A stretch of 64,000 nt of DNA from Deferrisomatales bacterium (GTDB lineage: Bacteria > Desulfobacterota > Deferrisomatia > Deferrisomatales > JACRMM01), in the NCBI GenBank assembly GCA_033551855.1, contig JAWSUI010000001.1, positions 64,001 through 128,000 on the forward strand. Reading direction: 5' to 3'. Numbering within the stretch: the first letter of the stretch is position 1; each line of letters starts with the position of its first letter. The notes beneath the pieces are model-generated. The model was not told where the DNA came from. It saw nothing but the letters and a program-made list of their open reading frames with translations, and did not search any database. The translations under genes and the position numbers were made by a program. Below are positions 28,102 through 41,356 of the stretch, in pieces.

Positions 28102-28767
28102 ATGGGACCGGAAGCACCCTTTGCGTGCCTCACCTCCGACATCGTGCGCTCCCGGGAAGCCCCCGACCGGGCGGCCCTCCAGTGCCGCATCGAAGCGGCC
28201 TTGGCAAGGGTGAACGAGTCGTTGCGGGGGCAACTCGCCGTGCCGCTGGCAGTCACCGTCGGCGACGAGTGGCAGGGTCTGTTCACGTGCCTGGAGGCGG
28301 CCCTGGAAGCCGATCTCGTCCTGCGGGGCGCCCTGGCCCCCGAAGTCTTCGCCACCGGCATCGGCGTGGGCGGCCTGGCGACTCCCCTGGCCGGCAGGAC
28401 CGCGGACATGGACGGCCCGTGCTTCCACCGAGCAAGGGGTGCCCTGGAGAGAGCGAAGCGCCGGGGGTCGGGGGGGGTAGCCGTCGACTCGGGGGACCCG
28501 GGTCTCGACCTGCCGGTCAACACCATCTGCCACCTGCTCTCCGCCCTCTCGTCCCGGTGGACCGAGAAGCAGCTCCGGGCCGTCCTCACCTACCGGGAGC
28601 GGGGCACCGAGCTAGCGGCGGCCGAGGCCCTGGGCATATCCCAGCCCGTGCTGCACCGGAGCCTCGCGGGAGCCCGCGGACGGGAGTTCCTCGAGGCCTA
28701 CCGGCAACTGCTGGCGTTCGTGCGGGGCTACCCGGGGGGCCCGCGGGAGGAGGCTCGCGCCCCATGA
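28102..28767 (+). CDS. SatD-family protein (cyclase-like palm domain + C-terminal HTH)
   Basis: TSDIVRSR, TVGDEWQG, GIGVG, MDGPCFHRAR, WTEKQ..AAEALGISQPVL. Confidence 0.8.
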   Translation: MGPEAPFACLTSDIVRSREAPDRAALQCRIEAALARVNESLRGQLAVPLAVTVGDEWQGLFTCLEAALEADLVLRGALAPEVFATGIGVGGLATPLAGRTADMDGPCFHRARGALERAKRRGSGGVAVDSGDPGLDLPVNTICHLLSALSSRWTEKQLRAVLTYRERGTELAAAEALGISQPVLHRSLAGARGREFLEAYRQLLAFVRGYPGGPREEARAP

Positions 28768-29141
28768 CCGCGGTGCAGGGACTTCTCCTCCTCGCCGGCT
28801 ACGCCGTCGCGGTCTTCGGGGGCGCCGTGGCCGTGGAGGCCGGCCTGCGCCGGCTCCTGCGAGCCGAGGACGTGGAGGGGATCTCGTCGTTTCGCCGCAT
28901 GGGGCTGCACGACGCCGGCAGGATCATCGGCTGCCTGGAGCGGTTCCTCTTCCTGACCTTCGTCCTCGCCGACGCGTGGTCCGCCGTGGGTTTCGTGCTG
29001 GCCGCCAAGGGGCTGATCCGCTACGGGGAGATCCAGGACGATCGGGACCACAAGATCGCCGAGTACGTCCTGATCGGGACCATGGCGAGCCTCGCCTGGG
29101 CCGTGACGGTGGGGCTCCTCGTGAGGCGCTGGATCGGCTGA
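28764..29141 (+). CDS. Small membrane protein (DUF3307 C-terminal-like)
   Basis: AGRIIGCLERFL..VGFVLAAKGLIRY..AEYVLIGTMAS; ATGA coupling to satD. Confidence 0.75.
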   Translation: MTAVQGLLLLAGYAVAVFGGAVAVEAGLRRLLRAEDVEGISSFRRMGLHDAGRIIGCLERFLFLTFVLADAWSAVGFVLAAKGLIRYGEIQDDRDHKIAEYVLIGTMASLAWAVTVGLLVRRWIG

Positions 29142-29306
29142 CCTCGCCCGGGAGAGTACCGTCCGTTAGCCGACGGGCCTTCGGCATCCAACCCCCCTTG
29201 AAGGGGCGGTGCCCGACCCGCCCTAGCCGGCGGTCCACCGAGGTCCGTTGGGGGGGAGGTTGCCGACGGCGAGAACGGCCGTGGGGCAAGAGTCGGTGGG
29301 CCGCGT

Positions 29307-29663
29307 TCAGATCTTGGACAGATTCGTGGGGGACCCGCTCAGCCCACCGCCCGGCCCGTGGCCCTCGAAGCGCAGGTCGGTGAAGCGGACGCCGACGGCG
29401 GCGTGTGCGCCGGCGGGCTCGACCCGGAGGACCTCGCTGCGGCACTGGACGGCTATCTCTCTGTTGGCGCGGCGGCCGGGCAAGCGGACGGTGAGGGGGA
29501 GGACCTCGCCCAGGGCGGGGGGGGTCTCGGCGGTCCATTGGGCGCCGAGGCGGCTCACGTTCGTGGTCACTCCGGTGCCCCCGGGCCACTCCACCAGCAG
29601 GGCCAGGGCGAAGCGGGGCGCCGCGCGGCGCTCCTGGCCGGGATCGTTGCTCTCTGCGGCCAT
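29307..29663 (-). CDS. Stand-alone PilZ-domain protein
   Basis: ERRAAPRF (RxxxR) and NVSRLG (N/DxSxxG), ..VGVRF. Confidence 0.8.
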   Translation of the reverse strand: MAAESNDPGQERRAAPRFALALLVEWPGGTGVTTNVSRLGAQWTAETPPALGEVLPLTVRLPGRRANREIAVQCRSEVLRVEPAGAHAAVGVRFTDLRFEGHGPGGGLSGSPTNLSKI

Positions 29664-30053
29664 GGGGCCTCCCCTCGCGAGTGCCGCTGTTCACCACGCA
29701 TGCCGCAAGGGTACGGGTGTCCGCCGGTCCTCACCATCTGGCAGGGGGCATAATCGCGTGTGGCCGTTGGGAGTAGCTTTCCTGTGTCCTTCGATGTAGG
29801 CGCGCGGCAGGGGCTCGGCCTGGCGGCGGCCTCCCCGGGACCACCGGCGGGACGCCGGGAACGAACCAACCCAGGAATTCCTCCGCGCCGCAGCGACTCT
29901 GCGCGAGATCGTTCTTGCCTTCGACCGGCCCATAGAGTTTCCGGAAGCGCCTCTTGACCCCACGGGCGATTCGGGCATGATGGTGGACTCCGCCGGGAGA
30001 CGGCGGGTCAATGGAAGGGCGGAAGGGGCCGGTGCACGGGCCGGGGAGCGGAC

Positions 30054-31241
30054 ATGGGCGCGAAGAAAGCGGACTACTTCCGGATCTTCTTCGAGGCGAG
30101 CGAGGCGGTGCTGTCCTCACGCACCCTCCAGGAGGTGCTCAATCTCCTGGTGCGGCGCAGCGTGCACGCCGTGGGCGCCAAGGCCGGGAGCCTGCGGCTG
30201 GTGGACGAGAAGTCCAACCGGCTGGAGCTCGTGGCATCTCACCTGCTGAGCCGGAGGTACCTCGCCAAAGGCACTCCCCACCTCGACCGCAGCATCCCGG
30301 AGGTGATGGAGCGCGTACCCGTCTTCATCGCGGACGCCTGGAGCGACCCCCGGGTGGAGTTCCCGGAGGAGAAGCGCGCGGAGGGCCTCCGCACGGTGCT
30401 CTCGGTGCCGGTGGTGGCGAAGGAGCGGGTGATCGGCGTGCTGCGCCTCTACACCGCCGAGCCGCGGGAGTACCTTCCCGAGGAGATCGAGTTCGTCTCC
30501 GCCTTGGCGGAGATGGGAGGGCTCGCCATCGCCAACGCGCGGGTCTACGAGGAGCAGGGGGTGAAGCTCTCGTCCCTCCTCGAAGGCATCGGGGTGCACC
30601 TGCCGGCCTCGGGGCCCATGGGCAAGCGGCGGTTCCGGACCTTCGCGGTCCAGCCGGTGCCGCCGGAGAAGAGCCTGGAGCAGTTCCGGGCGCTCCACTC
30701 CGCGACCCGCGCCATCCTGGCCACCCTGAACTCGTCGGAGGCAACGGCCCTCATCCTGGAGGAGGTGCTCAAGCTCACGGGGGTGAAGGGCGGCTCCATC
30801 CGCCTGGTGAACGAGACCTCCGGTCAGCTCGACCTCGTGGCGTCCCGGGGGCTCAGCGAGGCCTATCTGCGCAAGGGCCCGCTGCACTCGGACCGGAGCA
30901 TCCAGGAGGCGCTGACGGGGATTCCGGTGCTGATCCGGGACGCGCAGACCGATCCCCGGGTGGAGTACCCCCAGGCCGCCGCCCGGGAGGGGATCGTCTC
31001 TCTCCTGACCATTCCCATCGTGGCCCGGGAGCGGGTGATCGGCATCCTGCGGCTGTACGCCTCCGAGCCGGTCGACTACAGCCAGGGGGACGTGGCCTTT
31101 CTTTCCGCGCTGGCCGAGGTGGCGGGCATCGCCCTGATGAACGCTCGCCTCTACGAGCGCACCCAGTACGACCTCTCCTTCTGGCAGACCACGGTGGAGT
31201 ATCTGGGGGCAGGGGGCACTGGGGGAAAGGCAGGAGTGTGA
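30054..31241 (+). CDS. Tandem-GAF protein with no output domain
   Basis: Two homologous GAF repeats (GSLRLVDE/GSIRLVNE; VIGVLRLY/VIGILRLY). Confidence 0.85.
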   Translation: MGAKKADYFRIFFEASEAVLSSRTLQEVLNLLVRRSVHAVGAKAGSLRLVDEKSNRLELVASHLLSRRYLAKGTPHLDRSIPEVMERVPVFIADAWSDPRVEFPEEKRAEGLRTVLSVPVVAKERVIGVLRLYTAEPREYLPEEIEFVSALAEMGGLAIANARVYEEQGVKLSSLLEGIGVHLPASGPMGKRRFRTFAVQPVPPEKSLEQFRALHSATRAILATLNSSEATALILEEVLKLTGVKGGSIRLVNETSGQLDLVASRGLSEAYLRKGPLHSDRSIQEALTGIPVLIRDAQTDPRVEYPQAAAREGIVSLLTIPIVARERVIGILRLYASEPVDYSQGDVAFLSALAEVAGIALMNARLYERTQYDLSFWQTTVEYLGAGGTGGKAGV

Positions 31242-31474
31242 GCGGCGAACCAAGGGGGGGAGGCGCGCCGAAACCGTTCGCGCCCCCCCTCCGTCGCACC
31301 GGCCGTTGGCCGAACCGGACCCCGCCGCTACAAAGAAGCTGCCCCCCCTCTTTGACTCTCCGGGTTCTCCATAGGGCGGGGCTCGCCCCCCGGACCCGGC
31401 GGGAGAAGCCCGCTGCGCGGGAACCTCCCGCCCTCCCGTTTCATCCCTCGGGGTGACCAAGGGTCAAGGGCAAC

Positions 31475-31690
31475 TCAGTCCCCGGTTTCGTACTTGAAGG
31501 ACAGGGCCACCCGGGTCCGGAACGCCACGACCTTGCCGTCCTCCACCTTCAGGTCCAGCTTGGTCACTTCGGCGACCCGCAGGTCCCGGAGGGTCCCGCT
31601 TGCGGTCGCCACGGCCTTCTGTGCCGCCTCCTCCCAGGACTTGGTGCTCGTGCCCACCACGTCGATGATCCGGTACACGCTGTCTCCCAT
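31475..31690 (-). CDS. Dodecin-family protein
   Basis: SVYRIIDVVGTSTKSWEEAA..LRDLRVAEV..LSFK. Confidence 0.9.
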   Translation of the reverse strand: MGDSVYRIIDVVGTSTKSWEEAAQKAVATASGTLRDLRVAEVTKLDLKVEDGKVVAFRTRVALSFKYETGD

Positions 31691-31901
31691 GGCGCCCTCC
31701 TCTCCCCTGTGGGGTGCGTTCTCCCGTGCCGCGCACGCTGCGCGCCGGTGTACCGGGAGGTTACCCTGGGTATGGGGATTGTAAAGGGAAGCGGCGGCGC
31801 CGGTCGGCGCGAGCCCGCGGGGGGCGATTGACCGGCTCAGGGCCCTGTGACAAGATGCCTGCGAGCGGGACCTGATCCCACCCTTGCGCCGGGGAAGCGC
31901 C

Positions 31902-32390
31902 GTGACCGTAGAAGGAACCGTTAGCGAGGCCTCGTTCGTCAGCCTGAGCCGCCGGCTCTTCTATCGCCGGCCCGTGATCCTGCTCCTGCACATGGCGGTG
32001 ATGGGCGTGGGGCTGTACTGGACGAGTCGCCCGGAGGCCGAGGGCGGCACCGCGGCCCTCGGGTGGCTCCCGATCCTGGTCTTGCTCATCCTCTTCATCC
32101 TGGTCACCCGGCGGGCGCAGCAGCAGTACCAGGGCAACCGGACCCTGCGTTCGCGGGTCCGGTACGAACTGCGCGAGTCCGGACTGTTTCTCCAGACCGC
32201 CGAGGCCGGGGGCTTGCTCCCGTGGGGGGAGATCCACCGGCTCGAGCAGACCCCCTCCCACTTGGTGGTCTACGGGAGCCACGGTCAGGCCTTCGTCATC
32301 TGCAAAGAGTGGTTCGCCGGCCCCGGCGACGCCGAGGCCTTCGCGGCAGCGATCGAGGCCGCCCTCCCGGAAATGCCCCGCCCAAAATAG
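31902..32390 (+). CDS. YcxB-like membrane protein
   Basis: Two TMs, then LPWGEIHRLEQT..AFVICKEWF. Confidence 0.65.
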   Translation: MTVEGTVSEASFVSLSRRLFYRRPVILLLHMAVMGVGLYWTSRPEAEGGTAALGWLPILVLLILFILVTRRAQQQYQGNRTLRSRVRYELRESGLFLQTAEAGGLLPWGEIHRLEQTPSHLVVYGSHGQAFVICKEWFAGPGDAEAFAAAIEAALPEMPRPK

Positions 32391-32599
32391 GGTTCTCCCG
32401 GGAAACGACCGGGTGGGCCCGCCCGCTCCGGCACACGAGGCCGGACTGCACGGCAGGTGTTCTCTCCCGCCGCGTCCGGGATCCTCGCGGCATCGCGACT
32501 CCCGAAGCGGCTGCTCACGTCGAGCGGCCGTCCGCCTACGTGGTCGGGCCCACCCGATCGTCCCTGGACACGACTACCCGGTCATTTCACGGATGATCC
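32391..32599 (+). mobile_element. MITE-like repeat family I, copy A
   Basis: GGTTCTCCCGGGAAACGACCGGGT...ACCCGGTCATTTCACGGATGATCC; flanks CAAAATAG/CAAAGTGA. Confidence 0.85.
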
Positions 32600-32697
32600 C
32601 AAAGTGACAGCCGACGGGGAGAGCCCGCGGACCCACGAGCAGTCGGTACGCCCGCTTTTCGGTGCTCGCGACGGCCGCCACACGCAGCGCAGAGGGC

Positions 32698-36223
<3,526 letters not shown>

Positions 36224-36238
36224 CGCATCGGTACCATG

Positions 36239-37357
36239 TCAGTCGACGCGCATGGGCATGACCACGCACAGGGAGCGGGGATCATCGTTGCTGCGCAACA
36301 GACACGGCGAGAGGCTGTCCAGGATGGAGAGGGTGACCGCGGTCCCCCCCAGTGCACGCAGGGCCTCCAGCACGTATGCGGCATTGAACGCGATCTTCAA
36401 GGGAGCGCCTTCGTACTCGACCTCTATCTCATCCCTGGCTTCCCCCAAACGAACGTCCGCCGAGCTCAGCACGGCAAGCCCTCCCTGCGCCTCGAGCACC
36501 ACGCTGCGGCTCTCCTGGTCACTCAGGAGCGAAACCCGACGAAGGGCATCGATCAACACCGATCGATCTACCCGGAGCCCGTGGGGGGCCTCCGCGGGGA
36601 TCACCTGCTGATAGTTGGGAAAGGTTCCCTCGACGAGGGTCAGGGAGATATCAGTGGCTCCCACCCGTGCGTGGACTCGTCCCTCGTGCGCCGTGAGCTC
36701 GAAATTCCCCTCGACATCCTCGAGGACCACCTTCAACTCGGACAACCCTTTCTTGGGAAGGATGACGCCGTCCGCAAAGGGGCCGAGGGCCGAAGGAAGA
36801 GGCCGATCGATGAGAGACAGGCGGTGTCCGTCCGTGGCCACCATGCGCAGCAGAGACCTTCCGTCGTCGTCCGTCCAGGCCTTCGTATACACACCACACA
36901 AATACAACCTGGACTCATCATTGGAGGCGGCAAACAGGGTCTTGTCGAGCATCTCCCGGAACGTGCGCGCATCCGCTGAGACGAAAGCGCTCGGCGGCGG
37001 CGGAATGCTGGGATACTCTTGCGGATCCGTGCCGGGAAGGTGAAACACGATCTTTCCCGCGCTCACCGTGATCCAGCCGTTCTCCATGACCTCGATGTCA
37101 ACGGATCCCTTCGGCATCTCCCGGAGAATTTCGTGCAGCTTCCTGCCGGGAATCGCAATCGCCCCAGGGCGAGATACCTCGCACGGACCCCTTTGGACGA
37201 TGCTCACGCGGAGGTCGGTTGCGGACACCCGAACGGAATCTCCTACAGCTTCGAGAAGAATGTTCTCGAGAATCGGACGAGTGCTCTTTCGCTCGAGAAC
37301 AGACTGGGACAGAGAGAGAAGGGAAGCGAAGGACTCTTGGCCCACCTGGATCTTCAT
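36239..37357 (-). CDS. dnaN: DNA polymerase III beta clamp
   Basis: VATDGHRL, FPNYQQVIP, VVMPMR. Confidence 0.97.
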   Translation of the reverse strand: MKIQVGQESFASLLSLSQSVLERKSTRPILENILLEAVGDSVRVSATDLRVSIVQRGPCEVSRPGAIAIPGRKLHEILREMPKGSVDIEVMENGWITVSAGKIVFHLPGTDPQEYPSIPPPPSAFVSADARTFREMLDKTLFAASNDESRLYLCGVYTKAWTDDDGRSLLRMVATDGHRLSLIDRPLPSALGPFADGVILPKKGLSELKVVLEDVEGNFELTAHEGRVHARVGATDISLTLVEGTFPNYQQVIPAEAPHGLRVDRSVLIDALRRVSLLSDQESRSVVLEAQGGLAVLSSADVRLGEARDEIEVEYEGAPLKIAFNAAYVLEALRALGGTAVTLSILDSLSPCLLRSNDDPRSLCVVMPMRVD

Positions 37358-37359
37358 GA

Positions 37360-37575
37360 TACGGCTTCTCCTTCTATGATTATTTTCTTAATTAATAAAA
37401 GTAGTTCGTAGTAGTAGGAGTTGTGGATTCTGTGGATAAGCGGCCTGTGGCGCCTGATATCGGCTCTCGTGACTGTGGAAAACTGTGCGGATAAGTGACT
37501 TGTTCTCCACAGCGGGTGGACCGCCATGAGTTGTGAACACGTTTTCCGCAAGGCCGTCCACAGGGGATCCACAAC
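37360..37575. other. Replication origin (oriC): DUE, DnaA-trios and DnaA boxes
   Basis: AT-rich 37376-37401; TAGTAGTAG 37409-37417; TGTGGATTC/TGTGGATAA 37422-37439; further boxes TGTGGAAAA, TGCGGATAA, TTCTCCACA, GGATCCACA. Confidence 0.92.
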
Positions 37576-38919
37576 CTATCCGGACAGGGAATTTTTCAAC
37601 GTGGTGATCACGGTTCGCAGGTCTGGATCCTTGGCGAGGGATGCGGTGATCTTGGAGCACGCGTACATCACCGTGCTGTGATCCCTGCCCCCTATCTTCT
37701 GCCCGATCTCCGGGTAGGAGGAGCCCGTGAGTTCCCGGCAGAGGTACATGGCGATCTGACGCGGATAGGCGAGGCCCTTGGTGCGGCGCTGGCCCTTGAG
37801 GTCTGCAAGGGACACCTGAAAGTGCTGGGTCACGACCTTGAGGATGCGGTCGGGGGTGATCTCTTGGCCGGAGTCTCGGATGAAGTCCTTTAGGACTTCC
37901 TTGGCAAGATCAACCGTGACCGGGTTATGGGTCAGGCTGGCGAAGGCGGCGATGCGGACGAGAGAGCCTTCGAGCTCTCTGACATTGCTGGAAAAGTTGT
38001 TTGCGAGAAAGAGAGCAACTTCGTAGGGAAGTGAAATCGACTCGATCTCAGCCTTCTTTTGGAGGATTGCAATTTTCGTCTCTAAGTCGGGTGGCTGAAT
38101 ATCGGCGATCAGGCCCCACTCGAAACGGGACCGCAGGCGGTCTTCCAATCCGGCAATTTCTTTTGGAAACTTGTCGCTGGTTACGACGATGTTGCTGTGA
38201 CTTTCGTACAGTGCATTGAAGGTGTGAAAAAACTCTTCTTGCGTCCGTTCTTTCCCGGATATGAATTGGATATCGTCCATCAAGAGAATATCCATACGGC
38301 GGTACTTTTCTCGGAACTCAGGCATTCGTTTCGCCCCCAAAGCCTGAATGAGCTCGTTCATGAAACTCTCGCTGTGAACGTAGCACACGCGGGCGTCGGG
38401 GTATGAAGAAAGCTTGAAGTTCCCTATGGCGCTCAGGAGATGGGTCTTGCCGAGTCCGACACCCCCGTAAATGAACAATGGGTTGTATGTGCGAGGCGAC
38501 TTTTCTGCTACGGCAAGACAGGCAGCGTGGGCGAACTGGTTGGAGGAACCGACGACGAAGCTGTCGAAAGTGTATTTTGGGTTCAGCCCCAGACTGCGCG
38601 CTTTGTCTTTCCAATTGTTCTCTGAAGGCGTTTGACGAGCACGGTTGGATGGATTCTTCCTGAGGTAAGACTTGTCTCCTTTCTCTACGACAAACTCCAA
38701 CTCGAGAGACGGCCTCCCTTGTCTTTCCAAACTCTTGCGGATGAGCGCAGGGAAGGAGTTTTCCTGGAGCCAGTCTACGAAGAATCTGTTCGGGACCTGC
38801 AGTGTGAGACGCCCCGCGTCAACCCGCAGAGGCTGTATCGGGACGATCCAGGTGGAAAACGTGTGGGGAGGAAGGGTACCTTCCAGATCGTCCAGGACAC
38901 CCCTCCAGATGTTCTCCAT
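37576..38919 (-). CDS. dnaA: Chromosomal replication initiator DnaA
   Basis: YTFDSFVVG, YNPLFIYGGVGLGKTHL, QEEFFHTFN, GGRDHSTV. Confidence 0.98.
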   Translation of the reverse strand: MENIWRGVLDDLEGTLPPHTFSTWIVPIQPLRVDAGRLTLQVPNRFFVDWLQENSFPALIRKSLERQGRPSLELEFVVEKGDKSYLRKNPSNRARQTPSENNWKDKARSLGLNPKYTFDSFVVGSSNQFAHAACLAVAEKSPRTYNPLFIYGGVGLGKTHLLSAIGNFKLSSYPDARVCYVHSESFMNELIQALGAKRMPEFREKYRRMDILLMDDIQFISGKERTQEEFFHTFNALYESHSNIVVTSDKFPKEIAGLEDRLRSRFEWGLIADIQPPDLETKIAILQKKAEIESISLPYEVALFLANNFSSNVRELEGSLVRIAAFASLTHNPVTVDLAKEVLKDFIRDSGQEITPDRILKVVTQHFQVSLADLKGQRRTKGLAYPRQIAMYLCRELTGSSYPEIGQKIGGRDHSTVMYACSKITASLAKDPDLRTVITTLKNSLSG

Positions 38920-38942
38920 GTGGACGTCTCGAGCAGCAAAGG

Positions 38943-38974
38943 TTATCCACAACTGTGGAAAAAGCTGTGGATAA
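38943..38974. promoter_or_regulatory. DnaA-box cluster upstream of dnaA
   Basis: TTATCCACA, TGTGGAAAA, TGTGGATAA. Confidence 0.85.
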
Positions 38975-39134
38975 ACAGGCGACCTGCGTTCGCGAAAAGC
39001 GAGCGTGGAATGTGAAGGTGGAAGGCGGTCGGGGAAGGGATACCCCCGGTCGCCTGGAGACTAACAAAGGGCAAGGTGGGCAGGCAAGGGGTTTGTGGAC
39101 CGGGCAAGAGAAACGTTGTTCGGGGGAGCTCATG

Positions 39135-39163
39135 TTGACGCAACCGCCCGTTTGCGTTAGTGT
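39135..39163 (+). promoter_or_regulatory. Putative sigma70 promoter
   Basis: TTGACG-N17-TAGTGT. Confidence 0.5.
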
Positions 39164-39218
39164 TTCGGACATTCTGCCGGTGAGTGGGCCGCCGGGGAGA
39201 GACCACAGGGGAGGGAAC

Positions 39219-39854
39219 ATGGGAAGGGACGCCAAGGCGCAGCGGAAAGCGGCGCTGAAGAGGAAGCGAAGGGAGCACCGGGTGCAGGAGGCCAGGGCCC
39301 AGCTCCGGGCCGCAAAGGCGGGGGGTGGGGGCAAGGCGATTCTTTCGCGTCTGGAAGAGTTGCCAATCCACGAGTGCGTGGTGAGTCGCGGCTGGGAGGA
39401 GAGAGGCCTGGCCCATGTGCTGCTGGCCCGGCGCGCCCCGGGGGGCGCCCTGGTCGTCGGGGGGTACTACGTCGATACCCTCTGTACGGGGCTCAAGGAC
39501 ACCGCTTTGATGAACGAACTGAGCGAGGAGGAGTACCGCGAGAGGGTCAAGCCGAACATCTTCAATGACCCCGTGGAGTTCGAGGAGTGTGCGCCCGGCA
39601 CGGCCCGAGCCCTGGTGGAGGGAGCCGTGGCCTTCGCCGCCTCTTTCGGCCTAAAACCCAACAAGCGGTGGCCGGAGTCCAAGCGGCTCTGGGAAGGGAT
39701 CGAGGCGGATCCGGGGACCATCGCTTTCGGCCGGAACGGGAAGCCGTGTCTGATCGTGCGGGGCCGCGAGAACGTGAGCGGAGTGAGGGCAAGGCTCGAC
39801 CGCACCGTGGGCGCCGGCAACTACCTGGTGGAGGAAACGGAAGCCCTGTCCTAA
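39219..39854 (+). CDS. Hypothetical protein with basic N-terminus
   Basis: GGAGG RBS; GLAHVLLARR..YYVDTLCTGLKD..GAVAFAASFGLKP..FGRNGKP. Confidence 0.75.
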   Translation: MGRDAKAQRKAALKRKRREHRVQEARAQLRAAKAGGGGKAILSRLEELPIHECVVSRGWEERGLAHVLLARRAPGGALVVGGYYVDTLCTGLKDTALMNELSEEEYRERVKPNIFNDPVEFEECAPGTARALVEGAVAFAASFGLKPNKRWPESKRLWEGIEADPGTIAFGRNGKPCLIVRGRENVSGVRARLDRTVGAGNYLVEETEALS

Positions 39855-39909
39855 GGGGTTTCGGCTGGGCCGGGGCGGGCTCGGCCTCTCACACCGGGAG
39901 GCACGACGA

Positions 39910-39942
39910 CAAGAGGCCGTCGCTCGTGCCGACGGCCTCTTG
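39910..39942. terminator. Hairpin downstream of tRNA-Phe and of the convergent gene
   Basis: CAAGAGGCCGTCG-N7-CGACGGCCTCTTG. Confidence 0.65.
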
Positions 39943-39951
39943 GGGACTCGG

Positions 39952-40027
<76 letters not shown>

Positions 40028-40043
40028 GCCGGGGAGGGCCGGA

Positions 40044-40073
40044 AGGTTAGTCCATGCGCCGAACGGGTGTCAA
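40044..40073 (-). promoter_or_regulatory. Sigma70 promoter of tRNA-Phe
   Basis: TTGACA-N18-TAACCT. Confidence 0.65.
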
Positions 40074-40091
40074 GCCGGTTCCCGTAAGGGA

Positions 40092-40484
40092 TCACTTCTT
40101 CCTCTCCTCTTCCCCGAAGAGGTCGCCGAAGTCGAGGTCCAGGAGCTCCTCGGTCTCTTCCTGAGCAGGCTTGGTGCCCTCTTCCTCATAACTCGTCCGC
40201 TCCACGAGCACGTCGAAGGATTCGTCGAAGTCGAGGGGCTCCCGCGGAGCGGCTTCCTCGCTGACGAGGATGTCCGGGGTGAGCCCGGCCCGGTCGGTGT
40301 GTGCGGATGGGTCAACGTCTTGTCGTTCGGAACCCGGGGACGGGGCAGGCGCGACGGGGGCGCGTTCCTCCGGGGGCACGCAGATGACCTGAAGGAGCGA
40401 GCGGGCGTCCCGCAGATCGGCTCCGCACCGCTTGCAGGCCTCCAGATGGTCGAAGCTCGTGTACTTGCACTTGGGGCACTTCAT
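40092..40484 (-). CDS. Zinc-ribbon protein with acidic disordered tail
   Basis: MKCPKC..SFDHLEACKRCG; AGGAG RBS. Confidence 0.75.
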   Translation of the reverse strand: MKCPKCKYTSFDHLEACKRCGADLRDARSLLQVICVPPEERAPVAPAPSPGSERQDVDPSAHTDRAGLTPDILVSEEAAPREPLDFDESFDVLVERTSYEEEGTKPAQEETEELLDLDFGDLFGEEERKK

Positions 40485-40522
40485 GGACGTGGCTCCTCAT
40501 TGTGGGGTTCGGGGCGGGCAAG

Positions 40523-41287
40523 CTACCACGGGGCTCCCGGTGCCTCAAGGTCGCCCCAGCGAGACAGGAGCACGGCGAGGCCGGCCACCGCGGCGGTCTC
40601 GGATCGAAGGATCCGGGGGCCGAGGCTCCAGGGAGCAAAGCCGGCCTCGGTGAGGGCGGTCCGCTCCGCGGGGGACCAGCCCCCCTCAGGACCGGCGGCG
40701 ATCACCGCGTGGGTTGGGGCCCTCGGGAGGGCAAGCGCGGTTTCGCCGGTGGCGTGCCGCTCGAGGAGGGCGAAGCGCACCTCGTGCGAGTCCGCGGGGC
40801 CCAGGGACTCGAGGGACTCACCGAAGGGCCGTGGTGCCGTGATCTGCGGTACGACAGCCCTCTCGCACTGCTTGGCAGCGGCCAGGGCCACTTTCTCCCA
40901 GCGGTGTCGCTTCTCCCGCAGGCGCCCCGGCGGGGCTCGCGGGACCGTCCGCTCGGTGAGGACCGGCAGGAAGCGGCAGACGCCGAGCTCGGTACCCTTT
41001 TCGAGGATCCACTCCCACCGCTCCGCCTTCGGTAGCGCTTGGAACAGGGTGACGCGCAGGGGGGGCTCGTTGGCGGGAAGGGGTTCGAGCCCTTCTGCGG
41101 TCAGGAAGTCGTTGGCGACGGTCCCCACCTTCCCGGTCCACCGCCGGCCCATGGGATCGAGCAGGGTGATGCGGTCGCCGGCGGCCGTGCGCAGCACGCG
41201 GCCGGCGTGCCGGGCCTCCTCGCCGCGGAGGACGGCGGTTCCGGCGTCGGGGTCCAGGTCGTCCAAGTGTACCAGGAATTGAGGCAT
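40523..41287 (-). CDS. rsmE: 16S rRNA m3U1498 methyltransferase
   Basis: HAGRVLR, EKGTELGV, AAKQCER, GPEGGWS, LGPRILRSETA. Confidence 0.95.
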   Translation of the reverse strand: MPQFLVHLDDLDPDAGTAVLRGEEARHAGRVLRTAAGDRITLLDPMGRRWTGKVGTVANDFLTAEGLEPLPANEPPLRVTLFQALPKAERWEWILEKGTELGVCRFLPVLTERTVPRAPPGRLREKRHRWEKVALAAAKQCERAVVPQITAPRPFGESLESLGPADSHEVRFALLERHATGETALALPRAPTHAVIAAGPEGGWSPAERTALTEAGFAPWSLGPRILRSETAAVAGLAVLLSRWGDLEAPGAPW

Positions 41288-41356
41288 GGGCGATCCTTTC
41301 GACAAGGGCCTTGCGGCACTTGAGGTTCGGCCACGGGCGAGGGAGGAGACCTTCGG

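Noticed and set aside
32391..32599. Family I repeats as CRISPR or as small protein-coding genes
   Set aside because: The copies are dispersed, with no repeat-spacer periodicity and no cas genes. ORFs across them differ in start, frame and stop between copies.
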